NCBI GenBank assembly: GCA_030770535.1
Contig: JASVEC010000012.1
Span: 434,001-498,000 of the forward strand
Length of the DNA stretch: 64,000 nt
Source: Batkoa obscura
Lineage: Eukaryota
Direction of reading: 5' to 3'
The position numbers and the translations under genes were made by a program. Under the pieces are notes generated by a model. It was given only the letters and a program-made list of their open reading frames with translations. It had not been told where the DNA came from and searched no databases. Of this stretch, positions 12,444 to 26,009 are shown piece by piece (the first letter of the stretch is position 1; every line of letters begins with the position of its first letter).

Positions 12444-12769
12444 ATATAATATAACTAATAGTGACATTTTAAAAATTAAATTGTTTCTAAAAATTTAAAA
12501 ACTTGAATAAAAAGCCTAAAATGTAAAGATGAAGAATATCACGAAAAAGTGATAATTTCGAAGCTACAAAACATACTTTTATATTTTATTGTAAGTTATT
12601 TCATATCATTCAATCTAATAATGATATTACATTAAATTTATACCAAGAATATTAACTAAAAATCAATTTCATTAATATGAAATATTTAACGTATTTATCA
12701 TCTGATATTTTAATTCTCGGAATAAAACTAAACGTAACATATACTTATATCAGTATAAAGACCAAAAGT

Positions 12770-14611
12770 TTACTGCGTGAGTTCAATGCTAAACTGGTCA
12801 ATAACTCCTTTAAATGGGGAACTCAATAACAATGGATCAATTTCATTCAAATTAACATTAGCATGTGCAAAGATTTGAACGGTACCCATAAACTCCCCAT
12901 ACCCATTTTGCCATATGTGTAAGTTATCATAACGGTCAATAAAGGGTAATGAAACAACCTGAAAATTTTAATAAAAAATTAATAGAGAACATTATTAAAT
13001 TACATCATTCAAAGCCTTTTTTACTGGTGATTGTAAAAAGGAAGGTAGGGTATGCATTAAAATCATTGAAATTCTTATTGAAAGGGGAGTGGTAAGATAT
13101 AAAAGCACTATGGCTTGCATGAGTGAGATCATTGAATCAAAAAATTCTGGGTGAAATCTGTAAATTAAATTAATGAATGCTATACAATAAAGAAATTGAT
13201 TTACCCAAAAGTGTTATTGGTTAAAAGACAAAGACTACACACCGAAAAAAATAAAGATGAAGCTATAAAGGAGTTGATGGACTTTAAATGCTTAATCGAG
13301 GTTGATTTGTTTTTTTGGAATCGAACTATAAATATTGATAAAATATTGGTTTATAACTATATTAAATTTACGTTGAGTAAAAAACCCATGTGTTCTATAA
13401 GGAAACATAGTAGCAAGATATACGAAAATATTAATAATAACAGGGATGCAAAGATAATAGCTATAAGACAAATAAAAAAATAAACTTATGAATAAATAAG
13501 AAAATTACCCATAACCGAGGAACAAAGTGCTTGGATTAATAGAATGGTCAAACTCTCCCAAAAGTAAGGTCTCAAGTCCTTCCTTAATCATGTTTATGGA
13601 TGCAAATAATCCGTAAATTACAGTAACAAAATTAACTACAATTTCAAATCGCTTTAAACTAGTCATATATATAAGAAAAAGTATAAATACAAAAAATAAA
13701 AATGTACCCATAAGGATATACATTCGAGCTATCACTGATACTAGGTTCAACCGTTAGCTTTGCTAAAAGTGAGTTTGCAAGCCCTAAACTATCAAAGATA
13801 GTCACATAGCCAATACCAGCAAGGGCTTTAAAAAACATAACTATTGTAGCTTTAAATAAAAAAACAATTTACCTAAACTTTCCACAAAAATTGATGAAGT
13901 AAGAATAAAGAAACCTAATAATGTCTGGAATATAGTAAACTGAAGTAATCTTTTGCAGTGGTTAGATTGATGGGAACCAATTCGCATTATAAGTTGATAA
14001 AAACTTAATTTATCTCGAAATGCTTCATTAAAACTTGGTAATTTTAATATTTGTCCATCAAAGGAATCTAAAATATGCCCATTCCCTGAATGATCATGGT
14101 CATGTTTATGGCTATGTCCGTGACTGTGGTCATGATCATGATTATGTTCGTGATTATGGTCATGATTATGGTTATGTTCGTGGCTGTGGTCATGTTTATG
14201 ATCGTGACTATGATCATGGCTATGGTTATGAGCACTATGGATATGACTGTGACTGTGACTGTGACTATGACCGTTGTCACCATTGTGGCCATTATGAGCG
14301 TTTAATGAAGCTCCATGAGAGTGATTATGTGAAACACCGTTTTTTTTATGATTATTTAAAGGGCCTTCACTATTTAATTTTGCCATATTTTCATGATTTT
14401 TTGTTTCCAACCCATTTTTACTATTTGATTCTAATTAATAGGAGTTAAAGTATTCGTTTATATTAAGTTACTTATTTTTAAACGAAGAATTTGAGCGAGA
14501 TGAGGCATTAGATAAACTCTTTGCACTCTTTGGATAATACATCATGGAGTCATCATCATAACTTGATTTATTTTTTGTCTTTGTTGAACTGTCAAAACTT
14601 TCTTGAGTCAT
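12770..14611 (-). CDS. Cation diffusion facilitator, ZnT6/Zrg17-like, with long His-rich N-terminal tract; multi-exon
   Basis: Exon 1 14472-14611 splices in frame into the His-rich ORF 13841-14410; TM segments AYVTIFDSLGL, RFEIVVNFVTVIYGLFASINMIKEGLE; C-terminal HIWQMGYGEFMGTVQI..FSIELTQ*. Confidence 0.75.
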
Positions 14612-14947
14612 GGTATTATAGTTCCTCACTTCGAAATAAAAAGTTGAATTGACTAAATTTGGAATGCTAGAAAAAATATTAGTGTTTCTACTGCCAATTA
14701 ATCGACTTAATTATTCACCACTAGCTTTACTTTGATTGGTAGTTTATTTTCTGTTTTTAGCCACAATCATTAAGCTTTTGATCTTGAAGTATAAGCTTAA
14801 TTGGACCAAGAAATTAAGGTGATGATTGGCTTAGATTTATTATGAAGTTACAGTTGAAATTTAAAAAAAATAAAGAGCATTTTAGTTAGACTGCATATAA
14901 TAATCAACCCTAGTTAATTTAAAAAACAAATATACAATAGAATAACT
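14612..14947. promoter_or_regulatory. Compact divergent promoter with several CCAAT/ATTGG boxes
   Basis: 336 bp between head-to-head ATGs; GCCAAT near 14693, TGATTGG near 14733 and 14823, AATTGG near 14799. Confidence 0.5.
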
Positions 14948-16220
14948 ATGGCTGGACCCGATCAATGGATTGAAACTTTAAGAAAATGTCAATACTTGTC
15001 AGAAAATGAGATGAAAAAACTATGTGAGATGGTAAATTATAAAAACAAGAAACTTTTTAAGAATAGGCACTAAGCTAGGGGTAATTTATAGGTAAAAGAA
15101 CTGTTAATGGAAGAAAGTAATGTTCAGCCTGTATCTTCACCTGTAACTGTTTGCGGTGATATTCACGGTCAGTTTTATGACCTTTTGAAGCTTTTTAAAG
15201 TTGGTGGTGAAGTGCCAGATACTAATTATATTTTTATGGTAACTTTTTGATTTAAATCTAGAATTTAATTAAATTTTTAAAATAGGGAGATTTTGTCGAT
15301 AGAGGGTACTACAGTTTAGAGACTTTTAGTTTATTGATGGCTTTAAAAGCACGGTAAGCTTACTATTTTTTGTTAGCTTTTTAGTGTTTATACTTTGTAT
15401 AGTTACCCTTCAAAAATTACACTTTTAAGAGGAAATCATGAAAGTAGACAAATAACTCAGGTTTATGGATTCTATGGTAAATATATTTTTAAGAAGAAGA
15501 ATAAACACCTGATTATTCTTAGAGGAGTGTCATAATAAATATGGAAATGCAAATGTATGGAAAGCTTGTTGTCAAGTTTTTGATTATTTAGGTTTAGCAG
15601 CGGTAAATTATTATTTTAAATAAAAATCAGTAAACTAAGTAAAATATTAGATTGTTGATGGAAGAATTTTATGCGTCCATGGCGGGTTATCACCACATAT
15701 TCGAACTTTAGATCAAATTCGAACTATTCAACGTTGTCAGGAGATTCCTCATGATGGCGCTTTTTGTGGTAATAATAATTATTAAAGAATAATAGACTAT
15801 ATTAATATTTTAAAAGACTTAATGTGGTCAGATCCAGATCATGTTTCTAGTTGGGCAGTATCACCAAGAGGTGCAGGATGGCTATTTGGAGGTCAAGTTA
15901 CAAATGAAGTAAATGAATAGTAAAATTTAAAAAACAAAATACTTATGATTTAAAAGTTCAATCATGTTAATGGACTTGAACTTATAGCACGAGCCCATCA
16001 ACTTGTTCAAGAAGGATATAAATTCATGTTTGATGATAAAAATTTAGTTACTGTATGGTCAGCACCAAACTACTGTTATCGATGTGGGAATGTAGCGTCT
16101 ATTATGAAAATAAGTGAAAATGAAAAGGTGGACGATTCTTCTTTTATGATTTTCCAAGCTGTGCCTGATAATGAACGTACGGTGCCTAATCGCTCTGCTT
16201 CTAACAATTATTTCTTGTAA
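14948..16220 (+). CDS. SIT4: Ser/Thr protein phosphatase Sit4/PP6 catalytic subunit, multi-exon
   Basis: [67 protein letters not shown]-terminal YFL. Confidence 0.9.
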
Positions 16221-17122
16221 AGATTAGAAGAACTATTTTTGATTAATAATTGTATTGAATGTACTGAGATAAGTTTAGCTATTGGAAATTGTTAACGTTT
16301 ATAGGATTAATATGCATAATTTTTTTAATTTTGATTTATTTTGACATGCAACTACCATTTTAAACATTAAAAATTTTAGTTTCAATTGAATTGTTAAAGA
16401 CAAATTTCAAAAATTATTTAACTATTTATAATTAATGTGTATGATTTTGATAGAACTGTATAGCTTGAACAGAAATATGGTATTTGTTTAAACGTTAATA
16501 TAAAGCGTTTTAGATCATGTATTACTTACTACATAAAGTACATAGTACTTTTAAATAATTTTCGCTAACTTTCAATATTCCTTTTGTTTGAGTTAATTTT
16601 AATTCCAAAGCAAAAAGCCTTTTCTAATTTGTTATACTAATAAAATAGCACTATGAAATATTTCAATTACAGATTAGTGCAACTTACATGGCAATTTACT
16701 ACTAAAATAGTATAGATAAATAAATTAATAGGATAGAAAAGTTTTATTTCAAAAAATAATTGAGTTTATTCTACAATCCACCTACAGAGTGGCTATAGTG
16801 TAAAGTAACATTTTTAAAGCTTGATAAAAAAAATCATTAAAAGTCATTAAATAAAATAAAAACTCTAAAAAAATCAACATGAATATAAAAACATATTATT
16901 TATTTTGAATTAATATATTGTAAACTGGTTATGTTATTAATATTGAAACAATAGGGGTTGCAAAAAATCTTGCCAAGCTTTTTGGCCAAAAATTAAAATT
17001 ATATAGTTTACATATCTTATATTTAAACATTTTGGTCTAAAAATTTAAAGTAAAAGGCGCGATATGATAGCTTAGTATGTAGTATATATTAGATAAATAA
17101 AATTACTCTTTTAATATTAAAC

Positions 17123-17149
17123 TTTATTTATTTATTTATTTATTTATTT
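17123..17149. repeat. (TTTA)n microsatellite
   Basis: Direct reading, about 6 units. Confidence 0.85.
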
Positions 17150-17436
17150 TACTTATAGGATGATTTTTGATTTTTCTGCCCCTTATAATTTTTAGTAACT
17201 TTACTATTTTTTCGCCTTCTTTCATTATTTTTTTATAAGGCCTTTGAGGTTACTACTTTAAACTAAAATCACCCTGTATCTAAAATAATAGTATGGCTTT
17301 AGTGCTATTTATTTAAAACTCTAAACATAATGATACTATACATATTACCTAATAATGTTATTTTAAATAAAATTTAAATGTGGCTTTATTTGAAAAATTA
17401 AGTGGCAGGATATTTAGCAGTAAGATATGTAGCTCT

Positions 17437-17883
17437 TTATTCAATTATGATTGCACGTTGTTGATGCTCCTTATTTACATCCCTTGGTACCTTAACCTCT
17501 AACAAACCATTGTTGAAGCTAGCTTTAATATCATCAGTTTTAGAATTTATTGGAATATTAAAGCTACGAGTAAAGCTTCCATAACTACGTTCACTATAGC
17601 TTACAGTCCCCCCCTGGTAGTTCTTATCTCGTTTACTCTCTCCAGCAATTACTAAACGACGATGGTCGTCTGAAACGTTAACATGGATATCATTCTTATC
17701 AAACCCTGCAAGTTCTGCTTGAACTACTGTTTCGTCCTCTTTGCGAATCACTTCTACTTTGGGGCTAACAGAATAATCTGAAGTATCGCTAAGAGAGGGA
17801 TCATAGCTAAGTGGGTGGTGGTGTGGATAGCCAATTCTTGAATCAAAAGGTAAGGAACCTCCAAAATAGTGACTTAAAGACAT
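17437..17883 (-). CDS. Small heat shock protein (Hsp20/alpha-crystallin)
   Basis: AELAGFDKNDIHV, SERSYGSFTRSF, IKASFNNGLLEVKVP. Confidence 0.92.
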   Translation of the reverse strand: MSLSHYFGGSLPFDSRIGYPHHHPLSYDPSLSDTSDYSVSPKVEVIRKEDETVVQAELAGFDKNDIHVNVSDDHRRLVIAGESKRDKNYQGGTVSYSERSYGSFTRSFNIPINSKTDDIKASFNNGLLEVKVPRDVNKEHQQRAIIIE

Positions 17884-20188
17884 TTTGTATTTTTTTTAAT
17901 CAATTCTTAATGAATAAAGTTTAGATAAATCAAGGTTCATATACTTTTTTTGGATACTTAGTTCATTGCTAAGTACCTCAGTCTGTTTTGTAGATAAAGC
18001 TCAAGTCGTCTCTTTTACTTTATAATAGTAGCTAATACATTGAACTAAATTTGAAACAATGTTTGCATTATTTTCTGATACCTACAGCATTTTTACTTTA
18101 TTTTAGAAATTATCAACATTAAATGCAAAATTGTCATAATTATAACTAATCAATTGATTTAAAGAAAATAAATAAAACAATTGGCTTAGTTGCTTGTTCT
18201 TTTTAAAAAGAAGTTCATTGTGACGTAGATTTTAGAATTTTGAGTTATTTACTATTTATAACTGAGCTATTATTAAACGTTACAACAATAGTTCAGTTCG
18301 TTTAATTTAGGTATATTACTATGAAATCTATAAAGAAATAAATTCAATATCAATGAGCAGAAGTTTAAAGCACATGCTTGTTAAGGGAATAACAAAGAGG
18401 TTTAGTTGTAAATTTGGGCAAGGTTTTGATTTTTCAGTACTTTAAATACATTATTTACAGCTTAAACTAGAGTGATTTTTATATGTAAAAATAAAAAACT
18501 ACTGGGGATCAAGTAGCTTGTTCTGAATAAGGATTATGTATTTTTGTTAGTAATGATTGCATTAGAAGTTGGGTGTTCTAAGGAGGAAAAAGTAAAAAAG
18601 TGATGGTTTTTTGTAAAATTGTCTGAATTCATTCACAGTTTACTGGTTAAAATTACCAAAGAAGGCTTTAATCAATGAGTGAGGGAAAGAGTCTCTTGTA
18701 AATGATATGGGTGATAGACAGAAGGAAAATTCAGTGAAGACGAGAGAGTGTTTTTATATATATAGTTATGTTCTATTCTTGAAATAAGATTACCTTATAT
18801 TTTTCAAATTTAAAACCTCAAGCCATCATAGCGCAGTTTAATAATGTTCAAACCCTTTCATATTTCATTAAGATGCCCAAGAAATTATAAATCAACATTG
18901 ATTAAACTAATATTTTATTTTTTTATTCTTTTTATTGAATTAGTTTAATTATATTAGTATGAACTATGTAACATGAAGTTTATAGTTATCAAATTGCGCA
19001 TTTGAATGAAAGCGTCAATAATATATCGGTAGTATAATAGATATCAAAATTTAATTTGTTAAAATGAACATAAGTGATGTTTTATTTTTACTCATAAAAT
19101 TGAGATTAGAATCTAACTATTTAAGTCAGTGAAATAATAGAAATCCCGCTCTAAATATAAAGAATAGCTATTCGATAGCAACTTAAATCGTTGTTTCAAT
19201 CAAAGGTTTTGTAGAGAAATTATAGCTATAATAAATATAACTAATAGGGTTTAGTGCATATGGTTTTTTGATTTTTTAAATTTTAACTAATGTTTTTATA
19301 AATATTTTGGATTCTTTTAGTCATATATAGAGTTAAATTGATTATGAAAAATCTCAATATAGTTAAAAATAGAATAGAAGCGTATGCAATATAACTGTGG
19401 GCCCATAATAATAGAAGCATAAGTACAAAGAGTAATAATAATGATACATACTTTTGTGGATAATAAACCAGAAATAATCAAATATAGTAAAATAAAAAAT
19501 CTGCTACGTATTTTTTATCAAATATAGTCAAGTAAAAATCTAACAACAAGCTTAGTGATGAAGATTAAAATAGCCTACTTTACAATAAACAATCAACTAA
19601 AATGTTCAGTAATATTTGATGCTTTAACTTTTATCAAAAGATCATACTTTAAAATAACACCAATTAATAGAACTGAGATAGGCTCTTGAAGGTAATTATT
19701 AGATACAAATGTTATTATCTCAATGTTTTTATACAAAAAAGAACCAAATACTATTAATGTTTACTAAACCCAGGCTTCGTGTAATCAATACTCGTTTTTA
19801 ATTCATAATCAAGAATTAAAAGTAATAAATAACAATAAAGCCAAGGAATGGTAGCTTCAAATACTTCGCAGTTAAATATAATACTAATAGAAAGTGAAAA
19901 TAAGGATGACATAACACTAGAAATGATTTTATAATACTTAAATTATAATTAGTAATATTATAAAATAGCAAATAAATGAACAAAAAGCTTTAAAATTAAT
20001 TACTTTACATGTCACCAATTTCTTGAGAATAAAAAAACACCAATCTCGTTTTAAGAACTCAAATATATATGAATCAATTAAAAATGGGATTGTTGATTTT
20101 TTTTACAAATTAAACCGGTTTATGAAGAATGTCAATACAAAAAACTATAAAAGAACTACATTGCTTTTATTTCTTTTATTATCTTATA

Positions 20189-21397
20189 ATGTACTTTACT
20201 AGAGTCTTGGTTTCCTACCTATTTACAACAGTAGTCTATTCCCAATTACACGAACCAGAAGAAGATTTCTCTTTAATCACCCTTGAATCTCTCCAAGTCA
20301 CTTCTAAGTTAACTATTGTCGAGGAAGTCGATGTCCGTGTGAATCCATCTGCTAGTCCTACCTCATTTCACTTTGCTCCTTTCAAATCCGTTTATTCATC
20401 TTACATCAATACAGAAGCCTCTGAGACTTATGAAACTTTCAATACAAAATCTAACTCTAAAGAGGTAGATATTGAAATTGACTCTAATATAAGGTATTCG
20501 GTGGTATTAAATCAAACTATTTTTGAAGATATAACTTACGGTCCCCAAGTTAAAGAACATGTTTTGAACTCTCATTTTAATAAAAAAAGTAGCAAGCTAT
20601 TTCAAAGTAATATAGTGATCAGCAGTGAGCTAGAGTCCAAACGTATTGCTAGATATGCTGGGGCTGCGTACTGTAGCGATGCTAATTTGAGACAATGGGT
20701 ATGTCACCATTGCCAGGTGCTTGGTAGCGCAGTTACCATAATTGATATATTCTATCATAAGGATACCAAAGGACGTGGCTTTATAGCGATTGATGATCAT
20801 AAAAGCCAGATTATTTTATCGTTTCGAGGAAGTAGTAATTTAAAGAATTGGATTACTAATTTGAATTTCCGTCAAATACATTATAACGTAAAGGATGGAG
20901 ATCCTAAAATGAAAGTCCATACTGGGTTTAAAAATGCGATTGATGCTTTATTTCCTTTATTTTCATCTAGAATTGAAAAATTACTTATTAAATATCCAGA
21001 TCACGCTTTGATCGTTACTGGTCATTCTTTAGGTGGTGCCTTAGCCAACTTAGCTACGATTGAATTACAGCAACATTTGAATTTGCCATGGGGAAGGATT
21101 CAATTATTTACTTATGGTTCCCCAAGAGTCGGAAATAAGGCTTTTGCTTTATGGTTAAATAGCAAATACCTTAGCTCTACAAGGGTTGTTTTTAATAGGG
21201 ACATTGTCCCCCACTTACCACCTAAAATTCTGGAATATGTTCATTACCAGAGAGAGTTACATATTTATAAGAATCGAGCTTACGTGTGTTCTGATGAAGC
21301 ATTAGAAGATGAAAAATGCTCTTTAGCCAGAGCCCCTATCCTTTCCATTAACGATCACTTAACTTATTGGGATGTACGATTAGGTGGTATTTGTTAA
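20189..21397 (+). CDS. Secreted class 3 lipase with propeptide
   Basis: Signal peptide MYFTRVLVSYLFTTVVYS (preferred start 20189); SFRGS, VHTGF, TGHSLGG nucleophile elbow, TYGSPRVGN, DIVPHLPP, DHLTY. Confidence 0.92.
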   Translation: MYFTRVLVSYLFTTVVYSQLHEPEEDFSLITLESLQVTSKLTIVEEVDVRVNPSASPTSFHFAPFKSVYSSYINTEASETYETFNTKSNSKEVDIEIDSNIRYSVVLNQTIFEDITYGPQVKEHVLNSHFNKKSSKLFQSNIVISSELESKRIARYAGAAYCSDANLRQWVCHHCQVLGSAVTIIDIFYHKDTKGRGFIAIDDHKSQIILSFRGSSNLKNWITNLNFRQIHYNVKDGDPKMKVHTGFKNAIDALFPLFSSRIEKLLIKYPDHALIVTGHSLGGALANLATIELQQHLNLPWGRIQLFTYGSPRVGNKAFALWLNSKYLSSTRVVFNRDIVPHLPPKILEYVHYQRELHIYKNRAYVCSDEALEDEKCSLARAPILSINDHLTYWDVRLGGIC

Positions 21398-22568
21398 GTT
21401 CTGTATATATTACCTATTATGCTACTATACCGATTTCGATTATACTATTTTACTTTTTTCAATAAATTTTTTAAACTTTATTTTTATTTTCAAAATCCCT
21501 TAAATTTTATTATGAACAAATTAATTTTCCCAGATTCAATTTTAAAGTTACAATAAATGCTTGGTAGTATCAAATGCGTCATTTTTTAGTTCTATTTAGG
21601 TTTAGCATCATTTAATTCAACCAAAGCAGCGACTGGAAGGGGAAATGATTTAATTTCAACTATATTAAAATGATGCAATAAATAAAATTGTATTACAAAT
21701 TTAATGGCATAAAAAGAGACAGAGTTTGAAATATTCGTAATTAGGTTTAGACCAATTCATGATTTCAAGATTAACAATCGATAAAAAGCTCTTATTCTTA
21801 CATTATATCTATAATTTTTCAAAAAAATCTGTGTATAATTTTGATAATTTTTTTTAATATAGGCAATATTTTAAAATGTCATTCTAAATATAGGAATTGA
21901 TTTATGATGATAAATTTTTTGAAATAAATGCTAATCACACTGGGGAGTCATTAACGCCTTGACAAAAACATAGCATATAATAATATTTTTATATTTTATA
22001 TATTCGTTTTTTAAGGTGTAACAGTTTTATTATAAAAAAGTTATAATGTTATGTTTATTATCATTAAACTACCTTGATCCTTTTTTATTCTAGTTTAAAA
22101 TCTATATAATACATTGAATAATCTTTTATTGTCCAACTTAACCCTTAATTGTTTCTAAACTTATTTTGGTTATATTGCTCAATTTTTATATAGATTTATA
22201 TGAAATTGTGACATTATAGCTTTAAGCAATATAACGTTTTATCTGATAAAAATATAGTTACAGTTTTTAAATATTTAAAGCTGATGTTAAAAATGTCTGT
22301 ACAAAATATCGTAATTCGTTTTTAAAAATTGTTATATATTCATAAATGCAACCAAATTTATATCAAATCCTTTTGGGGTATAGTACATCTCTATAGGCCT
22401 TGATTTTTTGTAATCGATACTTTTGATAGAATCATAAATTAAATTAAACATTTAGTTTATTCCAAATGTAATTGTATTGTATTTAAAGCTTTAATTGTAA
22501 GTGACTTTATTGGATCCTTGGTTTTCGCAGCTAAACCCCGTTGAGAGAATTACTTTGTATTTCCATAT

Positions 22569-22667
22569 GGGGATGTATTTTTTTGTTAAAGAATTTTACT
22601 AACAATCTTTCTACTCAAATAGCCCTTAAAAAATGGAAAAAATAATGAAACCAAAAAAAACATCCCC
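22569..22667 (+). mobile_element. Sola-type MITE copy
   Basis: ATAT-GGGGATGT...ACATCCCC-ATAT, 99 bp. Confidence 0.93.
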
Positions 22668-22799
22668 ATATGCAACATGTCTATAGTCAATAAGTTATAT
22701 TTATAATATTATATTGCCTTTGCTGTTTTAACTTATTAAAAATTATTTAAATCCGATTAAAACATAATTAGTGTTATAGAAATCCTTTTTATTAGTTTT

Positions 22800-23973
22800 A
22801 TGAAACTTTTATTGCTGGTAATATTGTTTTTAAAGACCTTGAATGGCTCAAATTCCCCAGAGCTACTTGGAGCTAATGGGGAGATGATTTGTGATAGAAT
22901 GTATGTGTTTGGTGGAACTCTTAGATTAAAACTTGATATGAATGAAAATGAGAATATAGCTGAAAAACATTTGGATAGTGAGGTTTGTTATTTGGATCTG
23001 AAAGATGGTATGGACTTTAAAATCTAAAAAAAAGTGAGTATTTGATCTATTTAAAGATGATACTTTAAATACATTATTTAACTACAACATTGTTAAAATG
23101 AGCCATAGCTCAAAAAAGTTTTTAAATGTAGGAGGAATATTTACACCACTTGAAGGCATAGTAAAGATATTTAATAGTAAAACCAAAATTTGGAAAATCA
23201 ATTTTACTGGAAGTCGATTTATTAAAAATTTGGCCTTTACTACCTCAAATAGGCTTCTATCAGATTATGAACCTATTTCCTCAAGCTTAAATCAAAATGA
23301 TTTAAATACAAATGAGATAGTTTTATTTGATGGGAAATACTATCTCACCAATAAATCGGATGAAAACAGAGTTGAATACTCTTTTGATTTAATCGTTTAT
23401 GATACTAAAGATAATAAGTAGAAAACTGTTGGAGAAAGATTTCAAACATTTAATCAGTGATCATAGTTCAGTTATACTCAATGGGAGTTTAATAATATTT
23501 GGTGACAAAAATGTACTCTTGGGTGGACTTGTTAAATTCGATATTATAAGTTTTAACATCAAGGATGAGGGATAGTATAACCAAACCATAACAGGGGAAT
23601 ACCCAGGTGTACGTATAGGTTGTACGTCAAAAAAAGTTAACAATCTTGTTTATATACCAAGTGGTGCTGGTGATGAAGATGTTGAACATTATACAGATAG
23701 CTCACTATATATTCTAAATTTAGATACTATTACTTGAGAAAAGTACTACATACCTGGATTGGTTAGTTCTATGTCAAGTTACTTAAAGCACTATAATGGA
23801 TATCTTTTATATGGTTTTGGCTTACGTCCAGAACTTTATTCAAAAATGCAGATAATTAGCTTAAATAATTATACTTTAGTAAATCGATTACCTTCAGCAA
23901 AAGAGATAGAAGAATTAAGACCTAAAAATCAAATATTTGCTATTGTTGGCGGCTTAATTGATGAATTCATAGG
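22800..23973 (+). pseudogene. Kelch-repeat membrane protein pseudogene (paralog of 27745 and 31117 genes)
   Basis: Fragments LLGANG..MYVFGG, SSLNQNDLN, HYNGYLLYGFG align with the intact paralogs; several stops/frameshifts; similarity stops inside the TM segment. Confidence 0.85.
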
Positions 23974-25173
23974 GTCTATTGAATGTCCAAAATTCAACTT
24001 TAAGGATACTAAACCTAAATTTAATGCAACAGTAGAAATTAAACTAACACCGTGGAATTGTATGTCACAAGTACTAAAAGGTTGCTATGCTCATTTAAAT
24101 TTTTTATTAAAATATTTAAACTAAATTTATCATTGCTTTTGAAAATGGATTTAAGCTTAAAAATGAGCATTGACTTAAAAATATTATATTATATATATAC
24201 GAAATAAAACCTATGTAAATGTTATATAAAGTTTTATTTATTTTATTTCTAAAAAATAGCCTAAATTGTTTGAGATCGAAAATGTAATAAAATTTGATAA
24301 AGGAACTAAAATGATGATAGCAATATCAACATTAATAGTCTAAGATACATTTGGGTGGCCTTTAGTTAAACATCTGTAATTAAGTGATTTAAGATTCTTA
24401 TTTAACTATAAAGCAAAGTAAACATATTAGTTTTGAAAAATTTATAAAACAGCATCAAATTAAAATAATTGAAAATAAATGGACTACTGAGATAAAAATA
24501 AAAATAGTTGTGATATGTAGTAAATATAATAAAATGAATGGTAAAATCTGAGATGATAAATTTAGTAACTAAATAATTGTCTGAATCTTGAGAAAACATT
24601 AAATAATAGTGGCATAAAAAGACACATAGATAAATAAAAATGAAAGAAGATTCAAATGCAGATTTTACCATTGAAGATAATAAATAAATTAAAAATGGGG
24701 CTTTTGTTAACATTGAGTTGAAAGAAAGGGGGGAGATAAGAATGTGCAACATAATAAGAAAAAGGGGTCTATAGATTTGTTATACTAATCTTTCCCTTTT
24801 TGCTTTCGTTACTTCATTGGAATCAAATTTTAACTAGAGTTTTTTAATACTGATTTAGATGTGTTTAAAGGCAGTGCTATTTTAAGCGTATTTGGAGTAT
24901 TAACTAGTTTATTAGTAAATATTCTTGCTCCTTTATATCCTGAATTTAATGATTCTTTTGGGCGTACTGAAATTTATCTTTATTGGTAATTATGTCATCT
25001 TTTAAGTGTAGTATTTCTTACTGTGGAAAACTCGTTCTTTGTTTTTTATGCTTGTTACTTTTTGTCTACTATTGGTTCCACTGGCGATGATGTTAGCAGA
25101 AGAATTTTAGTAGGATGATTTAACCCCATTAGAAAATAGAGCTATGTCTGATTCCATAGATTTGATACCATTT

Positions 25174-25272
25174 GGGGATGTTTTTTTTGGCTTCATCACT
25201 TTTTCCATCTTTTAGGCGCTATTTGAGCAAAAAAATTGTTAGTAGAATTCTTAAATACAAAAATACATCCCC
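25174..25272 (-). mobile_element. Sola-type MITE copy with ATTT TSD
   Basis: ATTT-GGGGATGT...ACATCCCC-ATTT, 99 bp. Confidence 0.93.
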
Positions 25273-26009
25273 ATTTATTTCTAAAATTGGTCAACAATAA
25301 TCTTTTTTATAGTTCTAGCTAATGAAAATTTTGATTGGAGATGAAATTATATAGTTTCTGCTATTATATACATCGTTTGCATCTCACTATTTTCTGGAAT
25401 GATACCCTATCTATAACGTAAAGCTAAAAAGCAAATCATCACATTTATTAATATTAAATAACTAGATCTTAGCAAAAGGCTAAAAAATATTTATCGAGAG
25501 TTAGATCTGATTGGATTTACATAACTACAAGTGTGCTGGGATTTATATGATGGTTTTTGAAGTTAAAATAAATACTTGAAAAATGAATATCAAAACGTGA
25601 AAAGTCCCATAAAAATGTTGAATAGTATAAAAAATATTTTATACGTTTATTTTACTACAAAGCAATGAAACATGTTAAAAATATTAATATTTTAATTAAG
25701 GATATACTAAAATTTGTTTCCATGCTTGATTAATTTCCAGCTAAAAAACCGTTAAATTTTTAATTTTACACTAATTTTACACCAACTTATGTTAACTCAA
25801 AATTATAATATAAATAGTTTTTTTATATACAAAATCTTTTTATATATATTAAGATTGGTTTATCCAAATATATTTATTAGCAATAAAATTAGCATTATCC
25901 ACGCAACTATTGTAGTTTTGATTAAAAAAATAAGCTATATCAGTATTAAATACAAAACAATAGTACAAGCACGGTTTTTCATATACTAAATATTTTATTT
26001 TGCAGTTTT

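Noticed and set aside
14035..14448. Overlapping ORFs 14035-14448, 14068-14292 and 14090-14305 with Cys/Asp/Met/Val repeats
   Set aside because: Shadow frames of the 6-bp repeats encoding the His tract of the CDF gene
18340..18750. GC-richer purine-skewed intergenic tract
   Set aside because: No sustained reading frame or recognisable motif
24402..24752. 116-aa hydrophobic ORF; likewise 25789-25989, 43200-43442 and 7233-7493
   Set aside because: F/I/L/Y/K-rich translations expected from AT-rich non-coding DNA; no motifs
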